Shown one piece after another: positions 13,311-25,329 of a stretch of DNA of 64,000 nucleotides. Positions within the stretch are counted from its first letter, which is position 1, and each line of letters starts with the position of its first letter. Origin of the DNA: Takakia lepidozioides (taxonomy: Eukaryota; Plantae; Bryophyta); assembly GCA_030704615.1 (NCBI GenBank), contig CM060731.1:47988001-48052000 (forward strand), written 5' to 3'. Made by a program: the position numbers and the translations under genes. The notes under the pieces are model-generated. The model ran no database searches and was not told the DNA's origin. It worked only from the letters and a program-made list of their open reading frames with translations.

Positions 13311-14379
13311 AAATATATTTTTGAAAAAATTTCCAAATTTATTTTTCAAATAGTGGCTCAAATTTTTCACCAGATATGACATGACAACTTATATGATACC
13401 ATAATAAACTATACAATGTAAAAGTTAAAATCAAAACACTTGCACAACGTAAAGTCAATTTTTGAGGTGACGTGACGCACGTCTGGACATGATGGTAAAG
13501 TGTTAACACCACCTCACATCATTTTGTCAACTAGGCTTTGGCCGCACAATAGCTCATGCACACTGGTTGTGTAATTTTTGTAATTTTAATTTTTACATTG
13601 CATAGTTTCTTATAATAACATGTAAAGTCCTAAATTTTAGGAAATTACCAGTGTTGGGCGGTTCTTGCCTTTGTGAAGGAACCTTCGGTTCCGGTTCCAC
13701 AAATTTTTGAAGAGACGGTTCCGGATCCGGATCCGGTTATTTTTTATTAAGGCGGTTCCGGTCCGGTTCAGGTTCTGACTTTTTAACATGGGGGCGGTTC
13801 CGGTTACCGGTTAGTTGCTGGAAAAAAAACGCCGGTTCCCGGTTAGGTTCCGGTTCTTTTTTAAAAATATATTAAATTCTTTTAATTTTTTATTCTTCTA
13901 GAAAATTAGATGAACTAATCTGATTGGTCATACTGAGAATTTTCAACTAAAACCAGGGAATTTATTAGTAAAACAGAAGTAAATAAACTTATATGTTTTT
14001 TGTGATTGTCTTTTATGGTATATATAACTAGTTATATACGCATGGTCTCCATTAAAAAAGGAAAACCAGAGATTTTATAAGTTGTTGTACGGTGTAGCAA
14101 AGAACAACTAAAACAGACTAACTACATAAGGATCTTAATTCAAAATACAAAACAAATTAAACATGTGTAATTCTATGGTTACCTTTTATGGTGCAGCAAA
14201 AGCACAACTAAAAAAAACTACATAAATTTGTGTTTTATGGATGATGCTTTGTCAATATAGCATACAACAAACTAAGTACACGGGATGTCACTGAAATTTT
14301 CAATAAAAATGACAAATAAACAAACTCCAATCAAAGGAGTATAGTGTAATATGTTGAACAATTATTTGTCTCTAAGACA

Positions 14380-16815
14380 TCAGTCTACCTCAAAGAGGTT
14401 TGCCTCTGCAATCAAGTCCTCATTCTCATCTAAGATGACTTCTTCCCTATCCAAAAACTCTTTCATGGAAGTACTAAAGCAACCAACTCTAGCATCATTT
14501 GGCCAATTATTGACTACACTCACAAGCATATCAAGGTTTTCAATATTTAACCTGCACCGTCTCAAGTTTGTTATGACACCTGCAATACTAAAAACCCTCT
14601 CAGCTTCAATCTGAGATCCAACTATGCCCAAAATTAGCCGTGCCAAAAATCCCACATACGGAAAGAGAGATTCGTGTTCTTTCCACCATTTCAAAGGAGC
14701 CACGCACTCACCTTCATTTATCTTCATCCTTCTGAAATGTGATAGTTGTTCTCTCACCACTGTCAATGTCATGTCTTCATTGTGGTCATGCACACCAAAT
14801 AAGGACATCTCGTCCATTGTGGCAGTGGGCTGTGATTGGGCCGAAGTATCCGGATGTAAGACCTTGAAACACTTTACCAAAAGAGGCTCTAACACCATAC
14901 TATCATATTGGGACACAATATGCAAAGCACGCTCTTTGCCCACATATTGTGATACCAATGACAACCCCTTGTAACGTGGGTCAAACATAAGCGCGAGCAT
15001 ATTGTGAGCTTTGCGCGATTGAAACCCTTCCAAAAAAGAAAGAAATGGTTCCAAGACATATACCACCTCTCGAGCCATCCGCCATTCCAACAATGTCAAC
15101 TCTGTTGAGAAATCCCCCATACAATGATCCACAGTTGCAGCCCCCCTAGCACTACTTCCTCGCATGCGAATTGTTGTGGCAATGGCTGCATTAAGAGCAT
15201 CGGACAACAACCAAAATCCCCCAGATTGATTCATAATGCACTCATGAACCACAGGCCCTAGAACTGTAGAAATTGATTGGGCAATGGCCCACACTTGTGG
15301 ACTTGGTATGCGAGATTGCAGTGCCAATGAGGTTTGCCTAGAGTAACAAGTGATTATGGCTTGCCTAAACTCCAAAGTCTCTTGGAAGAGGATCACCTTG
15401 GAAGCAAACCGTGTCTTCACCGGAGTCTTCAGTTTGCGGGGATGAATGCCGCTGTCCACACATGCCTTTGCCCATTCTTGTCTCCCTTTGCCACTTTTTT
15501 TGGTCCAAGTAATGGTTTTTTGCAACTCTGATTGGGCATTTTTTATAGAAACCGATCTCATATCTGCGCATACTTTTGCATCATTTGTTGCATACTGGCA
15601 ACACTTGGACATTGCATGCCCAAAACAGCTACCCACAAATGGAGAATCCAACCCCAAACACGCACATGAGACCACCGAATTCAAAGCATTGGTCAAAGTG
15701 GCCAAGTTACCTCCCTCATCTTTGACGTAAGCAATAATGCGAGTATTGAGGCCATACTTCACAAGAAGATTGTTGACTTGATGTGCCATGGCAGCCCCAG
15801 ATGTGTCAGGTGTCTCAAACATGTCAAGAGTCACATGACATTGCTCCCACTGTTCATTAATAAAGTGCGCTATGATGACAAAAGTGTCAGTTCCCCCTCT
15901 TGACATCCACAAATCAAAACTCACGGAGCAAGTAGCACAACTTTGAAGAGATGGGGACATGTAGCGCTCTTTCGTCTTCTCTGCCAAGATTGGAATGGCC
16001 TCATTCACAAATGTCCGTCGAGAAGGGAAAACAATCCGAGGATTTTGCCTCAACACCATCCTTCTTAGCCAAGGGGATTCTACCAAAGACAGTGGAACCA
16101 ACTCCTTTGCAATGAATAAGACTAAATCCTCATTGAACTGCTTCTGTTGATCATCATTTTGGTTGTATGGAGTGGAGCTCCTAAAAAAAGAAGCTATGTT
16201 TCCAGGAGTGGGGCCGGGCCTCTTTTTGGCTGGCCTACGGGCCTTATCAGGTCCAAGATTTTCCCTCTCAATCCACCTACGCAAAACAATGTCATGTTCT
16301 TGATCCACATGCTTTCGAAGGGCAGAGATACCATTGGTTTTATTATAGGTCACAATGCCCTTCTTGCTTTCAGGAGTGACACCAACAGGATGACATAGAA
16401 CACACCTCATTTGTTGTGGATTTGTTATGTCCACTGGAGCAGAGTCTTTTGTTGCATAGAATGCCCATGTCGAAGCAGTGCGATTGTGGGGCTTCCAAAA
16501 ATCCCGTTGTTTGTCAAGTACTGGGAGCTGCGCCTCCACATCCAACACCGTGTGTGATGGCGAAACTGTGGAAGATGACATTGCAGCCAAGGCTTGATGA
16601 GCTGATGTAAATGAGGCTTCATGATGAGCATCCTCTGCAACATGGCACTCCACCAAAGCTCTCTCATTATCAACATTCATGTCAAGAACAACTTCCCTTT
16701 CTAGTTCATCGAAAATATTGGGCTCCATGACATAAAAAGCTTGTGGAACAACTCCTATGTAAAAACAATGCAAACAAAGAATCCAAAAGGCATTTAATAA
16801 TTGTGCACAACTCAT
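14380..16815 (-). CDS. hAT transposase with BED finger and C-terminal dimerisation domain; true start may be ~16728 or a spliced upstream exon
   Basis: Uninterrupted 811-aa ORF: BED finger (WAFY..CVLC..H..EH), SFDLW (D), KDEGGN (D), CFGH, KTRFAS, PLKWWK, EAERVFS (E). Confidence 0.95.
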   Translation of the reverse strand: MSCAQLLNAFWILCLHCFYIGVVPQAFYVMEPNIFDELEREVVLDMNVDNERALVECHVAEDAHHEASFTSAHQALAAMSSSTVSPSHTVLDVEAQLPVLDKQRDFWKPHNRTASTWAFYATKDSAPVDITNPQQMRCVLCHPVGVTPESKKGIVTYNKTNGISALRKHVDQEHDIVLRRWIERENLGPDKARRPAKKRPGPTPGNIASFFRSSTPYNQNDDQQKQFNEDLVLFIAKELVPLSLVESPWLRRMVLRQNPRIVFPSRRTFVNEAIPILAEKTKERYMSPSLQSCATCSVSFDLWMSRGGTDTFVIIAHFINEQWEQCHVTLDMFETPDTSGAAMAHQVNNLLVKYGLNTRIIAYVKDEGGNLATLTNALNSVVSCACLGLDSPFVGSCFGHAMSKCCQYATNDAKVCADMRSVSIKNAQSELQKTITWTKKSGKGRQEWAKACVDSGIHPRKLKTPVKTRFASKVILFQETLEFRQAIITCYSRQTSLALQSRIPSPQVWAIAQSISTVLGPVVHECIMNQSGGFWLLSDALNAAIATTIRMRGSSARGAATVDHCMGDFSTELTLLEWRMAREVVYVLEPFLSFLEGFQSRKAHNMLALMFDPRYKGLSLVSQYVGKERALHIVSQYDSMVLEPLLVKCFKVLHPDTSAQSQPTATMDEMSLFGVHDHNEDMTLTVVREQLSHFRRMKINEGECVAPLKWWKEHESLFPYVGFLARLILGIVGSQIEAERVFSIAGVITNLRRCRLNIENLDMLVSVVNNWPNDARVGCFSTSMKEFLDREEVILDENEDLIAEANLFEVD

Positions 16816-18719
16816 ATATTTACAACTAAAAATGTAAACAACTAAAAAATAAAGCTCAATGAAAGGGAGTTACAGGCGGGTAATGGTGGCTGGTTGGCAG
16901 GTCCCTCCCTACTTTGGACTCCCTCCCTCTCATGCAGAATCTGCTATAACAGAAGCCAAAGGGGCTATCTCATCAACCCCCAATTGTATCAAGAATTAAA
17001 AAATTTAAAGAAAGGGAAGATACTTACCAGTGATGATCAATGTGGGCTGGTTGGCGGGCCCCTCTTTGCTTGTGCTCCCTCCAATATAAAATCTACCATA
17101 GTGGAGCAAGGGCTATCAGCCCCTTGGTATATCATCAAAGAAAACAGGAAAAAAAAAAAAAAAAAAAAGAATGATGATCAATGATTACCATGGACCAAGG
17201 GGCCTGGTTGCAGGTGGGCCCTCCTTGCTCGTCCTCCTAAACTTGTGCACCACATGCCATAGCAGAAAAGGAGGAAGCTGATTAGCTTCATGGTGAACTA
17301 AAGCTAAAAACAGTAAAATAACCAAAAGTGGTGGATGCTTACCAACGTCACTAACTCTACTTGCTACAGCATTGACATCCACTCGATTGCTTAGATCATT
17401 CTCTTTGAAAAGCCCTCTTTAGTAGCTGAACAACACTTGGAGACGACTGGATGACTAAATCACTGACAACCAAGACCAGGTTGACTTTCAAGTGAAGACA
17501 GCCAGAATGCAGTGCCACGTGGAGTAGCCAGAAACTATGAATGAGAGAGCCCCTGAAGGAGAGGATGGAAGAGACGGGGGGATGGCTGCTCACATACCTC
17601 CTCTCGCCAGTCAACATTGTTCAAGATTCCCTGACACACAGCGAAAAGAGGAACACCCTCGTACAAAACCTGCATAAGCACCTTATTCAGCTCCACCTGC
17701 AGCTATCCTACCATCCCACAATACAACTTCTTGGAAATGAACAGTGCGGAGACCCCTCACAACAGGGTGAAATCAATTCTGCCAATACAATAACCCACAG
17801 AATGGTGAACAAAAGAAAAGGGGGTTACCTCACTCGCTGCAAAACCTGGGTAAATCTGGAAGGAGCTCACTGAGTGCCCGTGGTTCAAACACATTTCCCG
17901 AAAGTATGTGTGCACCTGCCACATATACAGGAACAGTCAGGCGCCGAGGTTCTGTATAAATCTTTGTTGCACGATGAACACATTGATCATGGCAATAGAC
18001 ACTGAGGCAAGGAAGCAACCTACTGTCATTACGCCCCAACCAACTTGCTATCCATTATGTGCTGCAAAAGTACAGATTGGTCATACAAAGCTAGCCTGGC
18101 TGTCATCCAGATTGTACAACTAAGCACCGTACAAGAGAGGGGCAGAAGCTGACCTCTTTCTGGGTTAATTCTTCTCGGTTGGTCTGAATTCATCTAGATT
18201 ATGTAGCTAGCACAGAAGCGAAGAAGTGGCAAATTTGTTGACCAACTACAGCGCGAGGTGCAAACCTGCAGAATCTATCTCACTGTACAACCGATTTGAT
18301 CTTCGGGGAGCAGCAGCAGTTGTTGGTCTATTTCTTCGCTGCTCCAATATATTGTCCAGGTGACTCGATGTGGGCCATTCTGCACTTGCGCTGTCTGAGT
18401 CAATACACTTCTTGCTGCTTGCTGCTCGCTCTAGATAAGCAAATTACTCATAGGGCCCTCGTTCTGAACAGCACATGGGTAAGCGCATTGATCTTTCGTG
18501 TTATGATGCAGGGGCATGCTCTCCGAGGTGGGATTAATCAGAACAGGAAGGTGAAGAGGGACAGGGAGGGGGTTCTGGAAGGCTAAGCTGCAGCATCAAC
18601 TTGCACTGGCCTATTAACCAGGATTAGCCATGCCAGACACAGACCCTGCCTGCAGGGGGCCTTTCCCTCAGAGAGGCGTACCTCACGCTGGTGAAGCCAC
18701 GAGAGAAACAAGAGATTGT

Positions 18720-20065
18720 ACTCATAAGACGTTGTTTGCCGTAGCCTTGTGGCCATTGACCCCGCGCCCAGTTTGAGCGGGAACAAAAGGAACAGAACCT
18801 ACCTCCGTCAGGGGCTGACGTTGGTAGTAAGACTTACCATCGTATAAGGAATTAATCCGGGTTTTCCAGATATCCTCTAGAAAACCCTTCACACAAGCAT
18901 CAATCTGCTGTGTGTGATTTGCCCAAAAACTAGGCCTCAGGAGGGCCTGGGCTTTTGGCTCAGCCTCGAGACTTTCAAAGTTGGTAAACAGGGGTACAGG
19001 CACAATTCCCTTGATAAAATTGAAGAGAGCCTCTCTTTGGTGAGAGAACCCCGGGCAGCGTATCAGAAAATGAATACTGTCTTCAGATTGCCCACAGAAC
19101 GGACAATTGCACTCTCCCTTTCCTCTCTGCTTCTGTTTGCTGTTCAAAGGTAGGCTTCCTGCCCTGAGTTTAAATTTCAGTCTAGTGCCGAGAGTGGGTA
19201 GACCTTGAGGTCATCCAAGATGTCCACCCCCATGTCACTGACTGGAAACAAGTTCAGGGAAGTTCTCTGCCTAACTTCATTTTCATCAGACAATCTCATG
19301 GCAACAGACATGGCCTCAGACACTACAGCCTCTAAGGCAGATTTATCCAACAGGGTCAAGACTTGCGGATCCAGATCCAGGTCCTTGAGAATCTTTTGTA
19401 CTCTCTTCTGCCAGGACTTAGCCTGTTTGACAGGGCGGTCCTGTTTCCAAGATATAGAGTCGATGAACTTAGGATATCTGGTGTTGGGCATATGTTGCAG
19501 CTGACCCCACCATCTGACCTTGAATTCATCTCGTCGGGAGCTTAAGGATGGAATGCCAAACTCACCCCGAACAGCCAATTGGCTGTTTTGGAGCATGCTG
19601 ACATACACTCCTTAAGCACCCCCCACTTGAATGGATTCTAGAGACTTAGCCTGGTTGGAGTTATCAACCCATATAGCAGATCCGTACTCCAAGGCAGGTC
19701 TAATAACGCGACAAAGCATGGTTTTCTTAACCTCAGAGATGACCCCTCTGCAGTGGAAAAATTTAGTGAGCCCCAGAGCTTTGCCCTTGCCAGTTTGAAC
19801 AACTTTCCGGATATGTGCATCCTAACTACAAACGGAGGAAAACTCAACGCCCAGGTAAGTGTAGGAAGGGAGGACCGGGATCTCTTGGCTACCCCACTGC
19901 CACAAGATCACTTCCTCCCTCTCCTCTGTCGTTGAATGCTACCACTGCACATTTGCTAACATCCAGGAAAAAAACATAAGTGGGTTCCCTTCTTTTTCCT
20001 TCCCTGAATAATCTGGCTTAGAGTGAAGATATGATCCACACAGCCCCTGTTTCGCCGAAAGCCGA
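18720..20065 (-). mobile_element. Deleted and frameshifted LINE (RTE/RTEX-like) ORF2 fragment inside the hAT element
   Basis: GFRRNRGCVDHIFTL (RT N-terminal part), YTYLG, RPALEYGSAIW, AVRGEFG and C-terminal CPFCGQSEDSIHFLIRCP. Confidence 0.8.
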
Positions 20066-21124
20066 GAGAAACAAGCCGAGAGAAACAAGAGAAAAGAGAA
20101 GAGAGAGAAGGTAAGCTGCGAGAGAGGAGGGAGAAACTAAGGAGGCCAACCACCAGAGGGCCTGTAGGATACGGTAGAACTTGAACAAAAACCAGCACTG
20201 TTTTAGGGGGTGTGGGAGCCAAGGAGCTCACGAGAGAGAGGAAAGAGACTGGTGTGTGCATTTGTGTCTTAGGGTGCGGAAAACCTCATGTAAAGAATCC
20301 GTTTATCCTCATAAGAAATTGCCCTTGCATTCACTCCATACATATATGCATCGTGAAAATGGAGGAGAGAGACTGAATGACAAGTTATATACGCTTCGAG
20401 ACAGTCTGAGCAGAAGTATTACCCGGCGCTGTTCTGGCACTCTCCCCGCCATGCCTTCGTTCCGTTTTCCTTTGCTTCTTCCTGAATCCGGTCGAGTTGA
20501 ATCACGACCCCACCAATGTATTGCACAACACAAGCGTCCGACACGGATTCTCTCCTAAGCTGCTTCTACCAGAATCCACATTACTGTAATCAGGCATACA
20601 GCGTGAAACATATCATACTCCCGCTCTCCCCTTCCCTGCCTTGTTTCTCCCGAAACAAAGTAGAAACGTTGTGACCCAAACAAATCACACGCCCCTCCCA
20701 CACTTCCATCTCTCCCCTGTCCGATCCTTCAACGCAGACGCATGCTACAAAGCCCGAATTCACAGTGAGATGGAGATGGCAAGCCAATGATGTGGCCTTC
20801 TGGGACTATTGCAGCACTACGGCGTGGCCGATTACCTTCCGCTTCGCCGCATCATGAACCGCGCACGTAGAGACACTTAGGGCTACAGCCCAGGGGTGGA
20901 ACCGGAACCGGAACCGGAACCCTAACCCCCAAACCCGGTTCCCACACATGTGGTCGTAGCTGGAACCGCCGGTTCCGGTTCCCACACAATCCTGGATTTC
21001 CGGTTCCGGTTCCGGTTCCGGTTCTGCGCAGGCGGTCCGGTTCCGGTCCGGTTCCACATAACCGGAACCGGAACCGGCGGTTACCCGGGGCCCAGGCGGG
21101 TAACCGCCCAACACTGGAAATTAC

Positions 21125-21420
21125 ATAATAAAATCGGCTGGGGGGAAAGCTAGACAGTGGTCCGGGATATTTTCATATATATATATATTGGGACCGCAAG
21201 CTATCCCGATTTTTAAGATGATATTTAATGAAAATGGGACCGCCAGCTCTAGATGTCCCGTTTTTAAAAATAAAACAATATTCAATAAATAGGGCTTGTC
21301 AGCTCAAACGATTTTGATTTTTGAAATAATATTTAATAAATCAGGACCGCCAACACTTGCAGTTCAAAATTGTAAGAGAATATTTAATAAATCGAGACCG
21401 TTAGAGTTGGCGGTGTGTGA
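21125..21420. repeat. Palindrome array type 2, resuming right after the hAT insertion
   Basis: gggaccgcaagct, gggaccgccagctctag, ggaccgccaacac, gagaccgttagagttggcgg. Confidence 0.7.
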
Positions 21421-21934
21421 CAATGACATGGAGGTGGATAAAGGTGTTAACCCCGGCAACATTGTCATTTACATTCTTTTTGTCCCTCATTACCTTTCAT
21501 TTTATGAGTACCAATTTATTTTATTGTTATATTTTTTCTTGTTCATACAATGAGTACTTGACATGATATTATTTTACAGGATTTCATATTCTATGTGTGG
21601 GAGGGGAATCACCGACTTCATGTTTGGACTGAGGTTATCCACAACCACCATTTAGATGATCGAGCATGACACTATCGTGTTGATTACCAAATCATGACTT
21701 AGTTATCATAGACATTTTCAGAGTTTTTAAATTTTGAATTTTATTTTGCATCAGATTGGAAATAAACTCTTGTCCAAAACGCTTCAGGAGTATGCCCCAT
21801 TAGAGCACATTTGTGTATGTGCATATTAATGCGCAGATTGAAGATTGAGAACTTTTAAGGTCAGAAGAGTCGACGTAGACACCACAGAATCCTTTATGTT
21901 TTGGCGACTGCAGAGTCATGTAGTCATATTTGTC

Positions 21935-21992
21935 AGTTATGACTAAAATACAGTCGTACACAAAGTCATAAAAAATTGCATTTGTTGTAGTG
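21935..21992. mobile_element. Orphan CACTA-type right terminus
   Basis: ...gtcataaaaaattgcatttgttGTAGTG (reverse complement CACTACAACAAATGC) with tatgact/agtcata subterminal motifs; no matching left end found in the window. Confidence 0.55.
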
Positions 21993-22029
21993 AGAATGAC
22001 GGAACATAATCACCTCTTTATCGTGGAAT

Positions 22030-23850
22030 CAAGGTCAAAAGAGTGTTTTTTTCAACTAAGCATTTCTGCCTGGGAATGTGATGAGCTAATTACCTGCTGA
22101 AAAGGTTACCCCAGAGTCCTGCAACGTCTCTATCCAACCAGCACATCTGACGGGAAGAGCGGACAATACTACCATCTTACCCCAACTCCTTAAGGAGACC
22201 CCCGTTGACCTCACTATCAGTCTTTCTGCTCACCCCTACCATATCACGATCTGGTTTAACAGTGACACAAGCATTCCCAAAGACAAAGTTCTGGCACTAG
22301 CAAAACAACACTTCACAGATCAGATGAACATTCAACTCAGCATTACGTTATATGCCGCAATCTCAGTTTATACGAAGCTTGCTATTGGGATATGCTCTGG
22401 CATCCTCAAAGTTGAACTGCTTCACCCAGAAATCGACGATATCGTCCTGCTCAAGGGTGACCGTGCTTTCGTCTTGATCATGGAATCTAACATAAAAAAT
22501 GCAGGGCAAGGTTGAGAGAGAACCTTCGATCTGCTGGCTTTTGCTGAACACCTATCGTTCGACATTGCGGACGACACACTACTGGCACCATGGGTCTCGT
22601 GCTCTCCATTGTGCACTTTTTTTTGTCGAGACATATGAACACGGAGATGATTTCGAAATACTTCATGTCACCAAATCACTTACTAGTATCAAATTCGGCT
22701 TCATCTACCTCGTAGGGAAAACAACGTACACGCGTGTTTGAGTTTAGTGTTCGGATGGGGTACCTACAAATGAAGCCAGTGATTCGCATTAAAAAGACCG
22801 GCATCAATGACATCAAGGCTACCCCGAAAGAAGCTAATGCTGAACGGGATGCACTCACGTTGATCATCAGGAATCTGAACGTAGCACACGCGTCACATCA
22901 TGTCATCGTTGAGGCTTTATCACGGATCTTTGGCATAGGCAACATCGTCCACACCTACTTCAATAATGTTGCCTCAGCTGAAAAAATCAAGCATGCTAAT
23001 ATGATGCATATCACGTGCAAAAACCCTACTATCTATACAATGTCAGTACAACAAGCCCCAAGTCTTCATGCAGATTGACAAGTTTATTGACTTCTCTTCC
23101 TACATATACAATCTGAATGGCTCTAGCCCTCTTGCCGCTGAGAGCCTTGACAGGCTAAGAGTGACTAACATCAATCAGACATTAGTGGATACGGTGGAAT
23201 CCATCAGCATCCATCCACTGCCGAAGCCCCCAATTACCGCCCGCGGGATTCCTCATGTCTGACCTAGATAATAAACTTGTTGCCCATTCCATTTCCATCA
23301 AAAAGGAGCTACGCCAGGACCTCATCAAACTGGAAGTCAACGTTACTGCGGTGAACAAAGCCCAGAATAAAAATTATCACGACAACCTCGTCTCCATGCA
23401 CGAATTGATCAAAAACCATCTAGTGGTTAACCTGGAGAGCTTCTATGACCATGCCAATCTGACGTTAGCAAAACTCCTATCCCTCCCCAATGGAAGCAGC
23501 AAAAGCTCAACCGCGCCTGATACTTCTGGGACCGCACCAAAGCCCTCATATCCGTACTTACATTCCCCCACTCCACAAAATAATTCTCACTCATTGTTGT
23601 TAATAATTATAAATACACCCTTCCGCCCGTGGTGCACCAACATATGTCCCACCCCTCCTAAGCCTAACTATGTGGCGGACAGCTTTGCACACCAATAAAT
23701 AATTATAAAATACCCCTCCTTATTTATGACAAACCCTGCACCCACATTAAAGATCCATAATTACAATTCCACAACCACCCAATATCACCCCTGCTCACTT
23801 GCCCAACGCCCCTTGTTACAAACATGATCACCTATATATTATGTCTGCAA
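22030..23850 (+). mobile_element. Decayed LINE, 5' part (ORF1-like)
   Basis: Broken ORFs (LKVELLHPEIDDIVLLKGDRAFVL, FVETYEHGDDFEILHVTK, LTLIIRNLNVA) resembling bryophyte LINE ORF1; grades into C/A-rich sequence that resumes after 30228. Confidence 0.6.
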
Positions 23851-25329
23851 GGGGTTTGTTTTTTATGAGCCATGCGTTTTCGAACCTACCCCAAAGCGAA
23901 CCCGAAGCCAGATTCCCGGTTCGGAAGAGGCTCGGGATATTAGCAAACACTAGAAGAGAAACCGGCTTTTTCCACGGCTTTTTCCACACTTTTTGCTGTG
24001 GAATCAGCCGCAGTCCACACCTGCCGTGGGTGTAAGGAACGACTAGTGCTTTCGGACACCCCGTGGACGGCCTGGCTCTCGGGTGGCCCTATGGAAAAGT
24101 CCACGGGTGGCTTTTTCCACGGGAGGCTTTTTCCATGGATGGGCTTTTTTCACGGGGTGCATGGTGACATGGCCACTGACATGGCCAATGGCATAGCTGA
24201 CATGGTAGAGTGTGAAAAAGGCCAGTGTGGCATGTTTCACGGCGGATTTCACACCTTGAACAAGCCACTATGCGACACGTGTCATATTTCACACCTTCGA
24301 CAAGTTACTATGCAACACATGTTCGTTCCTGTGTGGTGGTACATATTAATTAATTAATTATTTACTTTCCAATATTAAGTTTGAATATTAATGGATTTAA
24401 TTTATTGTTATTATTATTATTATTATGGAAAAATGGACAGTGGCCTAGATGAGAACATTATTAAATAACAAAATATTGAAATTATGTTTTTAGAAATTAT
24501 ATTTATTCGCTCAGATACCAAAACACACCCTTTGCAGGGAAGGAGAGTTTGCCTTAGTGTCTATGCTGAGTTGCGTCTCCTACTCTCTGTAATCTAATAG
24601 ACATTCACCTGTTTCCCTCGGTTGTCCCACCCTTGACTGCGGTCAGAAAAGCATTCAATCCACAGCTTCTCCTCATCTTTGTTACATGTTTCTAGATATT
24701 TTCCTATTGTCATTTTGGCAGTATCATGTCAAAATCACTCCAAACTATGTACCATCTACCCATGCAGGTTTCTTGTAGCTAACCCTCACACAGGGAATCA
24801 TAAAAATCTGGAGCTTGAAATCTGGCTCTCTTGGATGACACTCTATCCCTGCTCCTTCAGCATCCATGCCTCTGCACAGATCATGCATACATCCTTGCAT
24901 TGTTGTTAGCAGCTGACAATAGCAGCCTAGATTTGTTCCAGCAAACACCCAACTCAACTTATCACACCAGTTCCTATTCTCAATTGCATCTACTACTCTG
25001 TAATCCAAAGGCATTTACCTTCCAAGACGGTTGTCCCAACATTGACTGGGGTCAGAAAAGTATTCATTCCACAGCTTCTCATCTCTGTTACCTATTTCTG
25101 GATACTTTCCTATTGTCACTTTGGCAATATCATGTCAAAGTCACTCCAAACTATCAAAGGTTCACTCAACCAGCTAACTTGCAGAATTCTTAAAACATGA
25201 AAATTTAGGGAGATTCTGATAAGAGGGGAAAACAGAGTGAAATGGGTTGAAGAAGGTGCCTTTATTAGCATTGCCAGAGTTTATCAATTGTGCCGCTGCT
25301 GCTGCGACTTCCAGTTGACCATCTACCCA

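Larger units (their letters stand above)
13649..21116 (-). mobile_element. Complete hAT DNA transposon, 7468 bp
   Basis: Perfect 15-bp TIRs CAGTGTTGGGCGGTT (13649-13663) and AACCGCCCAACACTG (21102-21116); perfect 8-bp TSD GAAATTAC (13641-13648, 21117-21124); CCGGTT/AACCGG subterminal repeats at both ends; transposase ORF inside. Confidence 0.97.

Noticed and set aside
14351-16676. Short ORFs overlapping the transposase (likewise those over ISN1, the PPR gene and the proteases)
   Set aside because: Antisense or alternate-frame shadows of real genes with no motifs of their own.
20806-21153. EPEPEP / FRFRFR ORFs
   Set aside because: Translations of the hAT subterminal AACCGG repeats.
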